DNA of 64,000 nucleotides, taken from the NCBI GenBank assembly GCA_026414225.1, contig JAOAJK010000005.1, positions 10,609 to 74,608 on the forward strand, given 5' to 3'. The notes beneath the pieces were generated by a model. It saw only the letters and a list, made by a program, of their open reading frames with translations. It searched no databases and was not told the DNA's origin. The translations under genes and the position numbers were made by a program. Origin of the DNA: Thermoplasmata archaeon. GTDB taxonomy: Archaea; Thermoplasmatota; Thermoplasmata; Lutacidiplasmatales; SKW197. Every line of letters begins with the position of its first letter. Within the stretch, counting starts at the first letter, position 1. Below are positions 36,962 through 45,084 of the stretch, one piece after another.

Positions 36962-37105
36962 TGCGGTTGCCGGGATTCGAACCCGGGCTAGAGGCTTTAC
37001 CCGAACCTTTCTTTTTAAGAAAGGTCATACCCTTTCTTTGATAAACCTTTCTTTTTAAGAAAGGTTCCTGGGAAGCCTCAGTCCTAACCACTAGACTACA
37101 ACCGC
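36962..37105 (-). tRNA. tRNA-Gly(CCC) with a 72-nt intron at 37/38 (intron 36997-37068)
   Basis: 5' exon GCGGTTGTAGTCTAGTGGTTAGGACTGAGGCTTCCCA; 3' exon AGCCTCTAGCCCGGGTTCGAATCCCGGCAACCGCA; BHB-like junction. Confidence 0.92.
37004..37066. repeat. Two exact 22-bp copies of a palindromic unit inside the tRNA intron
   Basis: AACCTTTCTTTTTAAGAAAGGT at 37004-37025 and 37044-37065; each copy is an inverted repeat with a 3-nt loop. Confidence 0.95.
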
Positions 37106-37107
37106 AT

Positions 37108-38232
37108 CTATTTTTTCACGGTTTTCTTCATTGCAGCCCTGCGTTTCTTGAACTGTTCAATAATGATTTTTTTGGATTGCTCCTCAAATTGTTCCGGCGT
37201 TTCCTCAAGGAGTTTCTCTATCTCGGTAACATCATAGCCCTCTGCCTTCCAGTCATCAATTCTTTTCCTGTACTCCCGGTACTTCTCCTCGCTTATTCCG
37301 GGCTTTGCCTCTGCCTTCTTTGTCTCCTCCTTCTTGGCTTTTTCATCTTCAATCAACCCGCCCAGAACATCTTCCAATGATTTTTTCTTCAACTCCTCTT
37401 TCTCAACTGTTTCAATCTCGGTTATATCCAGCGAGATTTTTTTCTCCTCTGCCACTTCTGGAATTTCCAACTTCTTCTTCTCTACAGGGGCCTCAATCTC
37501 CTCAAGTTCATCGAGGGACAGCTTTAACTTCTGCTCCTCCACCTTCTTCTCCTCCGGCTTCTGTTCCGGTTGAGGCGCCTTTTCCGGAGATTTTGCCTCT
37601 GGCTTCTGCGCATCCTTTTTCTCCGCTTCTTCCTCGACTGCCAGCTCCTGGATGACCTCATTCACGAATCTGCCCAGTCCATCCGTAACTTTCTCATACT
37701 CCAGACGGATAATCTCGTCCTCAACAGAGGCATCGCACACGGGACATCTATCCAGAGTAATTTCAATTCTGGTTTTACAGAACGGGCATGATAGGGTTTT
37801 CCCGCCCGTCTTCTTCATGAGAATATATTCCTCAAAGACAGTTGCAGTTCTCTCCGCACCTTTCAGTTGCTGGTTTGAAAGCATGGAGTAGATTAAATCG
37901 GAGAGGGACCGGATGCCCGAGGCATCGTAAAGTTTCTCGGCTACCTCCTTCGTTATCCCGGGCACCATCTGAAACTCCCTGATGACCTCCTCCCGCGTTT
38001 TTGGTTTCCTGTCCTTTTTATAATTATCTGGCAAGCTCCGTATGAGTTTTCGCACATTTTTCTTCTTTTCTGTATCCTTTACTTCCACACCTAACTCCAT
38101 ATTTCCACCCAGTGGTTTCTTGTCCGGAAATAGCGTCTTGCATTTCTCGCAGGTCTTTGCGGAGATGTGGTTCGGGTGCCCACACACTGGACATTCAAAG
38201 GTTTCGTTGAGGAGGTCAATCTTGAGAGGCAT
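37108..38232 (-). CDS. Zinc-ribbon / helix-hairpin-helix modular hypothetical protein
   Basis: CPVC..CEKC, HhH VPGITKEVAEKLYDASGIRSLSDL, CPFC..CPVC, E/K-rich linker, C-terminal WKAEGYDV helical module. Confidence 0.75.
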   Translation of the reverse strand: MPLKIDLLNETFECPVCGHPNHISAKTCEKCKTLFPDKKPLGGNMELGVEVKDTEKKKNVRKLIRSLPDNYKKDRKPKTREEVIREFQMVPGITKEVAEKLYDASGIRSLSDLIYSMLSNQQLKGAERTATVFEEYILMKKTGGKTLSCPFCKTRIEITLDRCPVCDASVEDEIIRLEYEKVTDGLGRFVNEVIQELAVEEEAEKKDAQKPEAKSPEKAPQPEQKPEEKKVEEQKLKLSLDELEEIEAPVEKKKLEIPEVAEEKKISLDITEIETVEKEELKKKSLEDVLGGLIEDEKAKKEETKKAEAKPGISEEKYREYRKRIDDWKAEGYDVTEIEKLLEETPEQFEEQSKKIIIEQFKKRRAAMKKTVKK

Positions 38233-38297
38233 TTATCTCCTAATTGCTACCCCGTATTTTAACTTTTTCAAAACAATTTCTCCAACGGAAGAAACTC

Positions 38298-40238
38298 TCA
38301 CCTTCTCCTGAAAAATTTTCCAGCAACTTCCTCAATGTCCCTGATGACATTTGCCCTGAAGTCCTCGGGTAAATACTTCCGGTATCTGGAAAGGCTGAAT
38401 CTCGTGTCCAGCAAAAAAATTATTCCCCTGTCCTTCTCGCTTCTTATGCATCTCCCCGCGGCCTGGAGCACCTTGTTAAATGCCGGGCAGAGCCGTGCGT
38501 AGGCATAGCCCTTTTCCTCCCCGTACTTCTCCTTAAGAAACTGCTCCAGCGAAAGGGTTTCGAGCGAGGGTGGCGGTATCGGAATCCCTGCAATAATGAC
38601 CGCGGAGAGCAGATTGTCCCTGAAATCTATGCCTTCCGAGAGAGAACCGCCGAGCACTGCATGGAGGACCGCACCGTCCTTTCGATGCTCCTCCAGCGCC
38701 TTCAACATGCTGATTTTCTCTGCCTTTGTCATCTCCGAACTTTCATAAAGATGCAGCTTGGCACAACTGGCTTCCACATGCCTGCAGATGTCTGCCATCA
38801 TCTGGTAGGAAGTGTAAAAAACCGCCGTATTGCCAGGCACACTGTTACCGACCCTCGCAATCGTTCTCCCGTATTCCCTGTACATCTCCTCACTCCTTGC
38901 ATCGTACCTCGATGTGAGTTTTGGCAAAGAGACCAGCAGACGGTTTTCAGGCGGGAAGGGTGAAGGAAAATACCGAAGCACCGCTCTCTCCCCAGGGACG
39001 CCCAGCAACTCCCTGTACATCTCGAGGGGGTAGAGGGTTGCGGACATCACAATCCCTGCAGGAGAATGCGTGAATACCCTTGCCCCGATTCTGCTCGTAT
39101 CCAGCATCTCGCACACAAAACCCTGGGGTCCAGCAAACCTCAGCATTCCCTTTTCCTCAGCGTTCCATCTTCTGATGAAATCCACAATGTTTTCCAGATA
39201 CGGCTCCACCACCCCCTGCTTCTCAAGGAAGGCATTCAGGAGTTCGATCTTCTCCAGGAACTCAGAGAATGATATCCTGGCTAGCCTTGTTCTGCAGGCC
39301 TTTTCGAAAATCTCCTCAAAGAACTCCCGCTCAAGTTTTGTCTCCCCGTCGAATTTCTTCTCTGAGAGAATGTGATGAATTTCCCTGAGCAAACCGGCAA
39401 TTGCTGGCTCTACCTTTGCCACCTCCTTTGCCGCCTCGCCAAAATCCTCGGCTCTGAGAATTCTGGTGTAGTTTGCCCGTATTCTCTCCGGAAGATTGTG
39501 GGCCTCGTCAATCACGACCACGATGTTTTCCACGCTTATCCCGAGTTTCTGGAGCACGATTTCGCTTATGTCCGAAAACAGATAGTTGTAGTCACATACA
39601 ATCACAGTCGCATCCTTTCCCACCTCTGCTGCACAGAGGTAGGGGCAGGACTTCCTCGCAATTCCATGTTTGATTATCTCGTCTACATCCATCGGGAACT
39701 CCCTTGCCTTTCTCACAATCTCACTGGATGTTCTTGCAAACTTGCACGAGTGGGTGCGCAAACTCGCACTGCAGATTTCCTCAAAAAATCTGGAATTCTT
39801 TATGTTCTCGGCAATGCACATGCTCCTCTTCCCGATCATGTCAGCAACCACCATCTTTGGCTCCTTCTTCCGCATCCTGGCAAGCGTATCTATCGCAATT
39901 TTATGCTGCGACTGACGGGATGTCATGAAGAAAACGATGCACCCGTGCTCCAGCCCGTATTCTACGCTCGCCGTGAGGGCTACCGCTGTCTTTCCCATCC
40001 CTGTCGGGGCATTTGCCATCAGAAACTTACCTGCAGAAACCGCAGCCCTCGCCTCGTTCAGAAAATCCTTCTGGACAGGGCGTAAATTTTCAAATGGAAA
40101 AAGGTTTCTTGCACCCATTCCAACATCCTTTTCAGGCACAGCTACCTTCGTTCCCTCACATTTCTGGCAGGCAAACACAACCTTGCGCCCTCTCCTCACG
40201 GGTTTCAGCAAACTGTGGCACTTCTCACAGAACATCAT
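38298..40238 (-). CDS. XPD/Rad3/DinG-family Fe-S DNA helicase with N-terminal zinc ribbon
   Basis: APTGMGKT, DEAHN, SATL, SEGIDF, QAAGRCIRS; four Fe-S Cys; N-terminal CEKC..CQKC. Confidence 0.92.
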   Translation of the reverse strand: MMFCEKCHSLLKPVRRGRKVVFACQKCEGTKVAVPEKDVGMGARNLFPFENLRPVQKDFLNEARAAVSAGKFLMANAPTGMGKTAVALTASVEYGLEHGCIVFFMTSRQSQHKIAIDTLARMRKKEPKMVVADMIGKRSMCIAENIKNSRFFEEICSASLRTHSCKFARTSSEIVRKAREFPMDVDEIIKHGIARKSCPYLCAAEVGKDATVIVCDYNYLFSDISEIVLQKLGISVENIVVVIDEAHNLPERIRANYTRILRAEDFGEAAKEVAKVEPAIAGLLREIHHILSEKKFDGETKLEREFFEEIFEKACRTRLARISFSEFLEKIELLNAFLEKQGVVEPYLENIVDFIRRWNAEEKGMLRFAGPQGFVCEMLDTSRIGARVFTHSPAGIVMSATLYPLEMYRELLGVPGERAVLRYFPSPFPPENRLLVSLPKLTSRYDARSEEMYREYGRTIARVGNSVPGNTAVFYTSYQMMADICRHVEASCAKLHLYESSEMTKAEKISMLKALEEHRKDGAVLHAVLGGSLSEGIDFRDNLLSAVIIAGIPIPPPSLETLSLEQFLKEKYGEEKGYAYARLCPAFNKVLQAAGRCIRSEKDRGIIFLLDTRFSLSRYRKYLPEDFRANVIRDIEEVAGKFFRRR

Positions 40239-41989
40239 AGCCCCCAGAAACTGTTCTCTCTCTTCTTTATTTCCACAATCTTAGCAAGGGCCTCCGATTC
40301 CTCAAAGCTGAGCGAGACATTCCGCAGTTCCCTGTATTCATCCTCAGTGATGCTGGTGTAGAGTATGTCTCCTTCGTTTATCTGCCTTCCGACTGTCGGT
40401 CCCTCGATTGAAATTGCAACTTCCATTCCCATTATGGCCTCGTTTATGGGCTTATTCTCGCTCTGGATGCTCCTAACCCTCCCCACAACGACACCATCCT
40501 CGCGCATCAATGGCATGTTCTGTCTTAACCTGCCTGCAAGCACCCGCACACCCACAATTGCGGGCTTGCTCACCCTGAAGATACAGCCGGGCAATATTTT
40601 TATTTTTGCCGGGTAGGTAATACTCTTCCGTTTTTCCTCCTCCAGTCGCTGTCGCTCCTCGTCCCGCCATTTCTCATAGTCCTCAATCAACTTGTAAACG
40701 ATGTTCCCCCCGATTATCTTCACGCCCTGCTTTGCCGCCTCCGCAGCCGCCTCCTCCTGAACCCTCACATTGAAGGCGAGGATCGCCCTGTAAAACGGGT
40801 TCCTGTTTGTGCCTGTCTCAACCACATCATGCTTGGAAACGCTCCCGATTTCCGCACGCTTTATCGGAATATTCGCAACCTTGCACTCAAATCCGAGGGC
40901 CTCGATCGAGCCCACCGCATCCGCCTTCACAATGATGCCTTCCTCTGCCACCTCTATTGTCGGCTTCAAGCTTTCCAGCAATTCATTTCTGTATTTCTCA
41001 AAATTCTCGGGTTTGTCCAGGACCCTGATTATTGTTCCCGCAATCACCTCATCAAGGTTCTGGGCACCGATCCGCACCCCTGCCGCCGCAGATACCATCT
41101 TTTCCTGCCGGAAACGGTCCTCCGGGTCCCTGATTTCATCAAGGGGTTTTGGCCTGAAGATGGCCTTGACCTTGGTCGAGACCACACCATTGCTCGTGCA
41201 TACCAGAACCGTATCCCCCACCTTCAGTATCCCCTTGTAAATTATCACATCAATGACCCTGCCAAGTCCCTTCGCCTCCTTCACCTCAAGCACGGTGCCT
41301 TCGCACCCATCTTCGGGCTTTATCTCAAGCTGGTTCTCGAGGAACCGCTGGGCAAGTCCGACAAGAACCGTGAGCAGGTCTGGAATTCCCTCGCCGGTTT
41401 TTGCACTCACCGGAACAATCGCGATGTTCCTCGTGAAATCCGTGATTCTATCATACCTGTCTGCAGAGAGCCCCATGTCGCTCAGCCTGCCGGCAATCTC
41501 ATATATCCTGGCATCAAGTTCCTGAATGGCATATTCGGTCTGCTCCTTCACGGAATGGATAAAGCAGGCCTCTCCACTCCTCCAGCCAGAAATAAGGTCA
41601 ATCTTGTTCGCACAGACCACAAACGGGGTTTTGTATTTCTTCAGAATGTTGACAGATTCTGATGTCTGGGGCATGAAGCCCTCCCTCACATCCACAACGA
41701 GAATTGCGAGGTCTGCAAGGGCCCCTCCCCGTGAACGCATCGTGATGAAGGAGTGATGGCCTGGTGTGTCGATGAAAAGGAGCCCTGGAACCTTCAGTGC
41801 CTTTTCATTTACCATTTTCCCGCAGATTCTGGCAATCGTGTCCGTCGGGATTTCAGTCGCACCTATGTGCTGGGTAATCAGACCTGCCTCACGCTCCGCT
41901 ACGCTCGTACCCCTTATCTTGTCAAGAAGCGTAGTTTTTCCATGGTCCACATGGCCCAGGACACTCACAATCGGCTGTCTTATTGGCAT
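40235..41989 (-). CDS. infB: Translation initiation factor aIF5B (IF-2)
   Basis: RQPIVSVLGHVDHGKT, ITQHIGA, DTPGH, NKID. Confidence 0.97.
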   Translation of the reverse strand: MPIRQPIVSVLGHVDHGKTTLLDKIRGTSVAEREAGLITQHIGATEIPTDTIARICGKMVNEKALKVPGLLFIDTPGHHSFITMRSRGGALADLAILVVDVREGFMPQTSESVNILKKYKTPFVVCANKIDLISGWRSGEACFIHSVKEQTEYAIQELDARIYEIAGRLSDMGLSADRYDRITDFTRNIAIVPVSAKTGEGIPDLLTVLVGLAQRFLENQLEIKPEDGCEGTVLEVKEAKGLGRVIDVIIYKGILKVGDTVLVCTSNGVVSTKVKAIFRPKPLDEIRDPEDRFRQEKMVSAAAGVRIGAQNLDEVIAGTIIRVLDKPENFEKYRNELLESLKPTIEVAEEGIIVKADAVGSIEALGFECKVANIPIKRAEIGSVSKHDVVETGTNRNPFYRAILAFNVRVQEEAAAEAAKQGVKIIGGNIVYKLIEDYEKWRDEERQRLEEEKRKSITYPAKIKILPGCIFRVSKPAIVGVRVLAGRLRQNMPLMREDGVVVGRVRSIQSENKPINEAIMGMEVAISIEGPTVGRQINEGDILYTSITEDEYRELRNVSLSFEESEALAKIVEIKKRENSFWGL

Positions 41990-42085
41990 AGGTATTGGTT
42001 ACTATAGGCACTGAATATAATACATTTTCTGTGGACTGCGGCTAAAAAGGAAACTTTTTTACCTCGGTCGTGTTCTCAGTGCTAG

Positions 42086-42712
42086 ATGCAGCAGGATGTC
42101 AAGCCAACGAGGTCCGAACTCATAGAACTGAAGAAGAAGATTGACCTGGCAAAGAAAGGTCACAAACTCCTGAAGATGAAGCGAGACGGGTTAATTTCAG
42201 AGTTCTTCAGGGTACTGAAGGACGCGAAAAACCTGAGGACGGAGATCGTGGAGGTTTACAACAATGCCCGGCATCTAGAGGCAATTGCTGAATGTGTGGA
42301 CGGAAAAATTGCGGTGGAATCTGCGGCGATGGCCCTCAAAAATATTCCGCGGGTGAGTATCAGACCTATAAACATAATGGGTGTGAGTGTGCCCCATGTG
42401 CTGAGCACCGGTGAGGGAAATGTGGGAACGGTTTCTCCCCTCGGCACTGGAGTTATTGGCACGAGCACCAGCATAGAGGATGCTGCCAGAGCATACACAA
42501 ACCTCCTTCGGTTGATAATAAAGGCGGCCCAGTACGAAACCGCACTGAGAAGATTGATCGATGAAATAGACAAGGTGAAGCGGAGGGTGAACGCACTGGA
42601 ATTCAGGGTAATCCCGGAACTCACGGAAAAGGAAGCGATCGTGCGGATGCACCTGGAAGAACTTGAGCGGGAGAACATTTTCAGATTAAAGATGATGAAG
42701 GGGGAGAGTTAA
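42086..42712 (+). CDS. atpD: A/V-type ATP synthase subunit D
   Basis: VKPTRSELIELK, GHKLLKMKRDGL, KRRVNALE, LEELERE. Confidence 0.93.
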   Translation: MQQDVKPTRSELIELKKKIDLAKKGHKLLKMKRDGLISEFFRVLKDAKNLRTEIVEVYNNARHLEAIAECVDGKIAVESAAMALKNIPRVSIRPINIMGVSVPHVLSTGEGNVGTVSPLGTGVIGTSTSIEDAARAYTNLLRLIIKAAQYETALRRLIDEIDKVKRRVNALEFRVIPELTEKEAIVRMHLEELERENIFRLKMMKGES

Positions 42713-42818
42713 ATATCTCCAAGATATACCTGCAAGTACGAGGATCGTTGCAGCATATCCAGGGAAGCGCGTCTTCGCAAAGCACACGCATAGAGGTGTT
42801 GCCTTCATCGCAAACAGT

Positions 42819-43541
42819 TTGCTCTTTCTTGTGGGCACCCAGTTTATCTCGGTGATACTTCTCCTGATCGGGATTCTGTCTGTGCTCTCCAACCCGGACA
42901 TCACGATTGTGCTCGCAACAATCCTGAATGTGATGTCATCTAAGAATCCATTCATATTCGTGCCCGCGGTTCTCCTCTCCCTCTTCAGCTTCCTGAGCTA
43001 TCTCTTCTTCTTCATTGGCTGGTTCTTTCTCGTGTATGGTGAAAATGAGATTCCCTCTGGTTTTCCGCATAGCGTTGGGAGGGGCTCGATTTTTGCCTTC
43101 TTTTACCTGATCGTTTATCTCGTCAGGGTATCGGTTTCCCTGTTCTCCCTCGCAGGCTTCGGAACGCTCATGTATATTCAGGAGATTTTTGTTGGTTCTG
43201 GTTTGCTGTTCAACATAATCGATGCGATCCTGCTCTCCCTCTCCCTCCTATACTTTGCTAGGGCCAACGCCTACCCGACAACCACCTACCACATCAGAAA
43301 CACTGGCTTCATGTATGTGGGGGGTGCGGCCTGTGCTGGCATCGGCTATACCACTCTCATCTGCGGCATAATTTTTTCAGCTGTGAGTGGACCTCTGGTT
43401 GTCGCCGGTCTCGTGCTTCTCTACCTTGGCTTCGGTGTGATGATTGCCTCACTTATAAAACTCCATGAGCTTTACTTTGTGATTGTGAAGAGGATCGAGG
43501 ACGAGGATTACATCCACAAACCATCAGGAGAGGGGCCGTGA
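42819..43541 (+). CDS. Multi-pass membrane protein, function unknown
   Basis: About 6 hydrophobic segments. Start uncertain: TTG 42819, and the frame is open back to 42699 without an ATG. Confidence 0.65.
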   Translation: MLFLVGTQFISVILLLIGILSVLSNPDITIVLATILNVMSSKNPFIFVPAVLLSLFSFLSYLFFFIGWFFLVYGENEIPSGFPHSVGRGSIFAFFYLIVYLVRVSVSLFSLAGFGTLMYIQEIFVGSGLLFNIIDAILLSLSLLYFARANAYPTTTYHIRNTGFMYVGGAACAGIGYTTLICGIIFSAVSGPLVVAGLVLLYLGFGVMIASLIKLHELYFVIVKRIEDEDYIHKPSGEGP

Positions 43542-43563
43542 TTGCTTCCGTCAGATTTCCACA

Positions 43564-44817
43564 TTATTCCGTTGTGTCTTTCAAAAACATGAGGAGCCTG
43601 AGTTCCTCCGGTGTAAACCGCGTGTTCTCCAGCAGGATCCGCTCGTTGTTCTCTGCCAGTGCCTTCAGAATTCCGGGCATTCCCTTCGTAAGCATCAGTA
43701 TCTTCCTCAGGTTTTCCTCCGAGATTTTCTCGTTTTTCAGAATCTTCCTTGCGTCTGGTTCCTCGAGACCCTGCAATCTAATCTCCACACCATGGCCCTC
43801 CTCGATGTCCTTTGCACTGTAGCACCACATGTAGGCGGGTGTGTCCGAGCGCATCGTGAGAACGAGCTTTATCCTCGAGCCGCTCCTTATTCCTTTAATC
43901 ATGCTGGAGAGAATGTCCACAATTTCATCGTTCGCATGCTGGTAATCATCTATGACAATCACGCTTCGGGTGTGCTCAATTTCAATGCAGAAGATTCTGA
44001 GAAATTCTTCAAGGTCAATCTCCCTGCTCCCGCTTAACAGGTCCTCCAGTGTTTTCTTCCCCATTTCGGCGAGAAATTTGGCGAGCCCGCTCAGCAGGTG
44101 CCAGCCCGTGTCGTTCTTCCTGAGGGTGTACCAGAATATGTTGGAATTTTTCTTCACGCGTTCCAGTCCCCTGTAAGCAAGCAAACTTTTCCCGGCACCC
44201 CAGGGTCCGGTGATTGAAATAAATCTCGGCTTGCTGGAATTCAGAACCGATTCAATGATTGCGAGCTCCTCGTCCCTGTTGTAAAATTCTCTTGCCTCTG
44301 GCACCGAATACCAGAGTTCCACATATCGCTTGAGTTTCGGCTCTGGCTGCTCTCCAATTCTGCTGGCATCGACGATTTCCGCCGAAGAAATCGATTTTAC
44401 TGCAGTGAAGAAATTTCTGGAGGGCCCCAGGATTTCCTCGACACTCTTCTCGACAATCCCGCTACCCTCCTTGACAGGCACTTTCACTGCAAGAATTTTC
44501 TTCTTCAGCATATTTGCTTTGCCCACACCATCGGGTGTCAGAAAATAAACCCTCACCTTTCGCGGAATCCCCTCCACCCTTCCAAACCTTTCCTCAACCA
44601 GACCTTCTCCGATGAGCTTCTTTACGGTTCTGGGCACATGGGCAGGGAGGATGTCTATGCCCTCGGCAATTCCTTTCTGGGTGACCCCGAACGGGTAGGT
44701 GTGCCTCTCCCTGAACCGTTCGTACTCAAGAAGATAGAGTAACACTCTCTCTGAATATGTGAGCTTGATGTGGTGTTCGAATGCTGCCATCGGCGGAGAT
44801 ATCTGAATAGTCATCAT
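43564..44817 (-). CDS. Winged-HTH + STAND/NB-ARC-like ATPase lacking a C-terminal sensor
   Basis: TQKGIAEGIDI..AHVPRTVKKL..YFLTPDG wHTH; FYNRDEEL, GPWGAGKS, VIDDYQ, KGMP. Start ATG 44817, 44814 or 44790; TATATAAT at 44846-44839. Confidence 0.82.
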   Translation of the reverse strand: MMTIQISPPMAAFEHHIKLTYSERVLLYLLEYERFRERHTYPFGVTQKGIAEGIDILPAHVPRTVKKLIGEGLVEERFGRVEGIPRKVRVYFLTPDGVGKANMLKKKILAVKVPVKEGSGIVEKSVEEILGPSRNFFTAVKSISSAEIVDASRIGEQPEPKLKRYVELWYSVPEAREFYNRDEELAIIESVLNSSKPRFISITGPWGAGKSLLAYRGLERVKKNSNIFWYTLRKNDTGWHLLSGLAKFLAEMGKKTLEDLLSGSREIDLEEFLRIFCIEIEHTRSVIVIDDYQHANDEIVDILSSMIKGIRSGSRIKLVLTMRSDTPAYMWCYSAKDIEEGHGVEIRLQGLEEPDARKILKNEKISEENLRKILMLTKGMPGILKALAENNERILLENTRFTPEELRLLMFLKDTTE

Positions 44818-44879
44818 AAAGGTTTCGCAACGCAGAAAATTATATAGGGTCTGTTGTATTGTTGGACCCGGAAAAGAAT

Positions 44880-45075
44880 GGATAAACAGAATGGTCCCAG
44901 AAGATAGAAAATATAGTGATATATATAAAAATGATATTAATAAAATATATTGGATAAAACTGCATCCCCGAAAAATATATATATGCGTATGCCCATTAAT
45001 TAGAATTGACGGACTGATGTCGGACAAAAGATGGGATGCCATCTGACAAAAACAAAATAAAAAAATGGCCAGAAG
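44880..45075. promoter_or_regulatory. AT-rich divergent promoter region (wHTH-ATPase / smc operon)
   Basis: Strongly AT-rich with several TATA-like tracts; short inverted repeats TGTCGGACA and AGATGG-GATG-CCATCT. Confidence 0.5.
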
Positions 45076-45084
45076 GAGGCAAAC

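Noticed and set aside
37004-37066. Mini CRISPR array
   Set aside because: Only two 22-nt units with an 18-nt spacer, no cas genes, and it lies inside a tRNA intron.
44818-45042. N-terminal extension of the wHTH-ATPase given by the ORF track
   Set aside because: It runs through AT-rich promoter DNA, and a TATA box at 44846-44839 supports a later start. Similar spurious extensions were trimmed for several other genes.
44880-45075. Replication origin
   Set aside because: AT-rich, but no recognisable ORB repeats and no adjacent cdc6/orc1.
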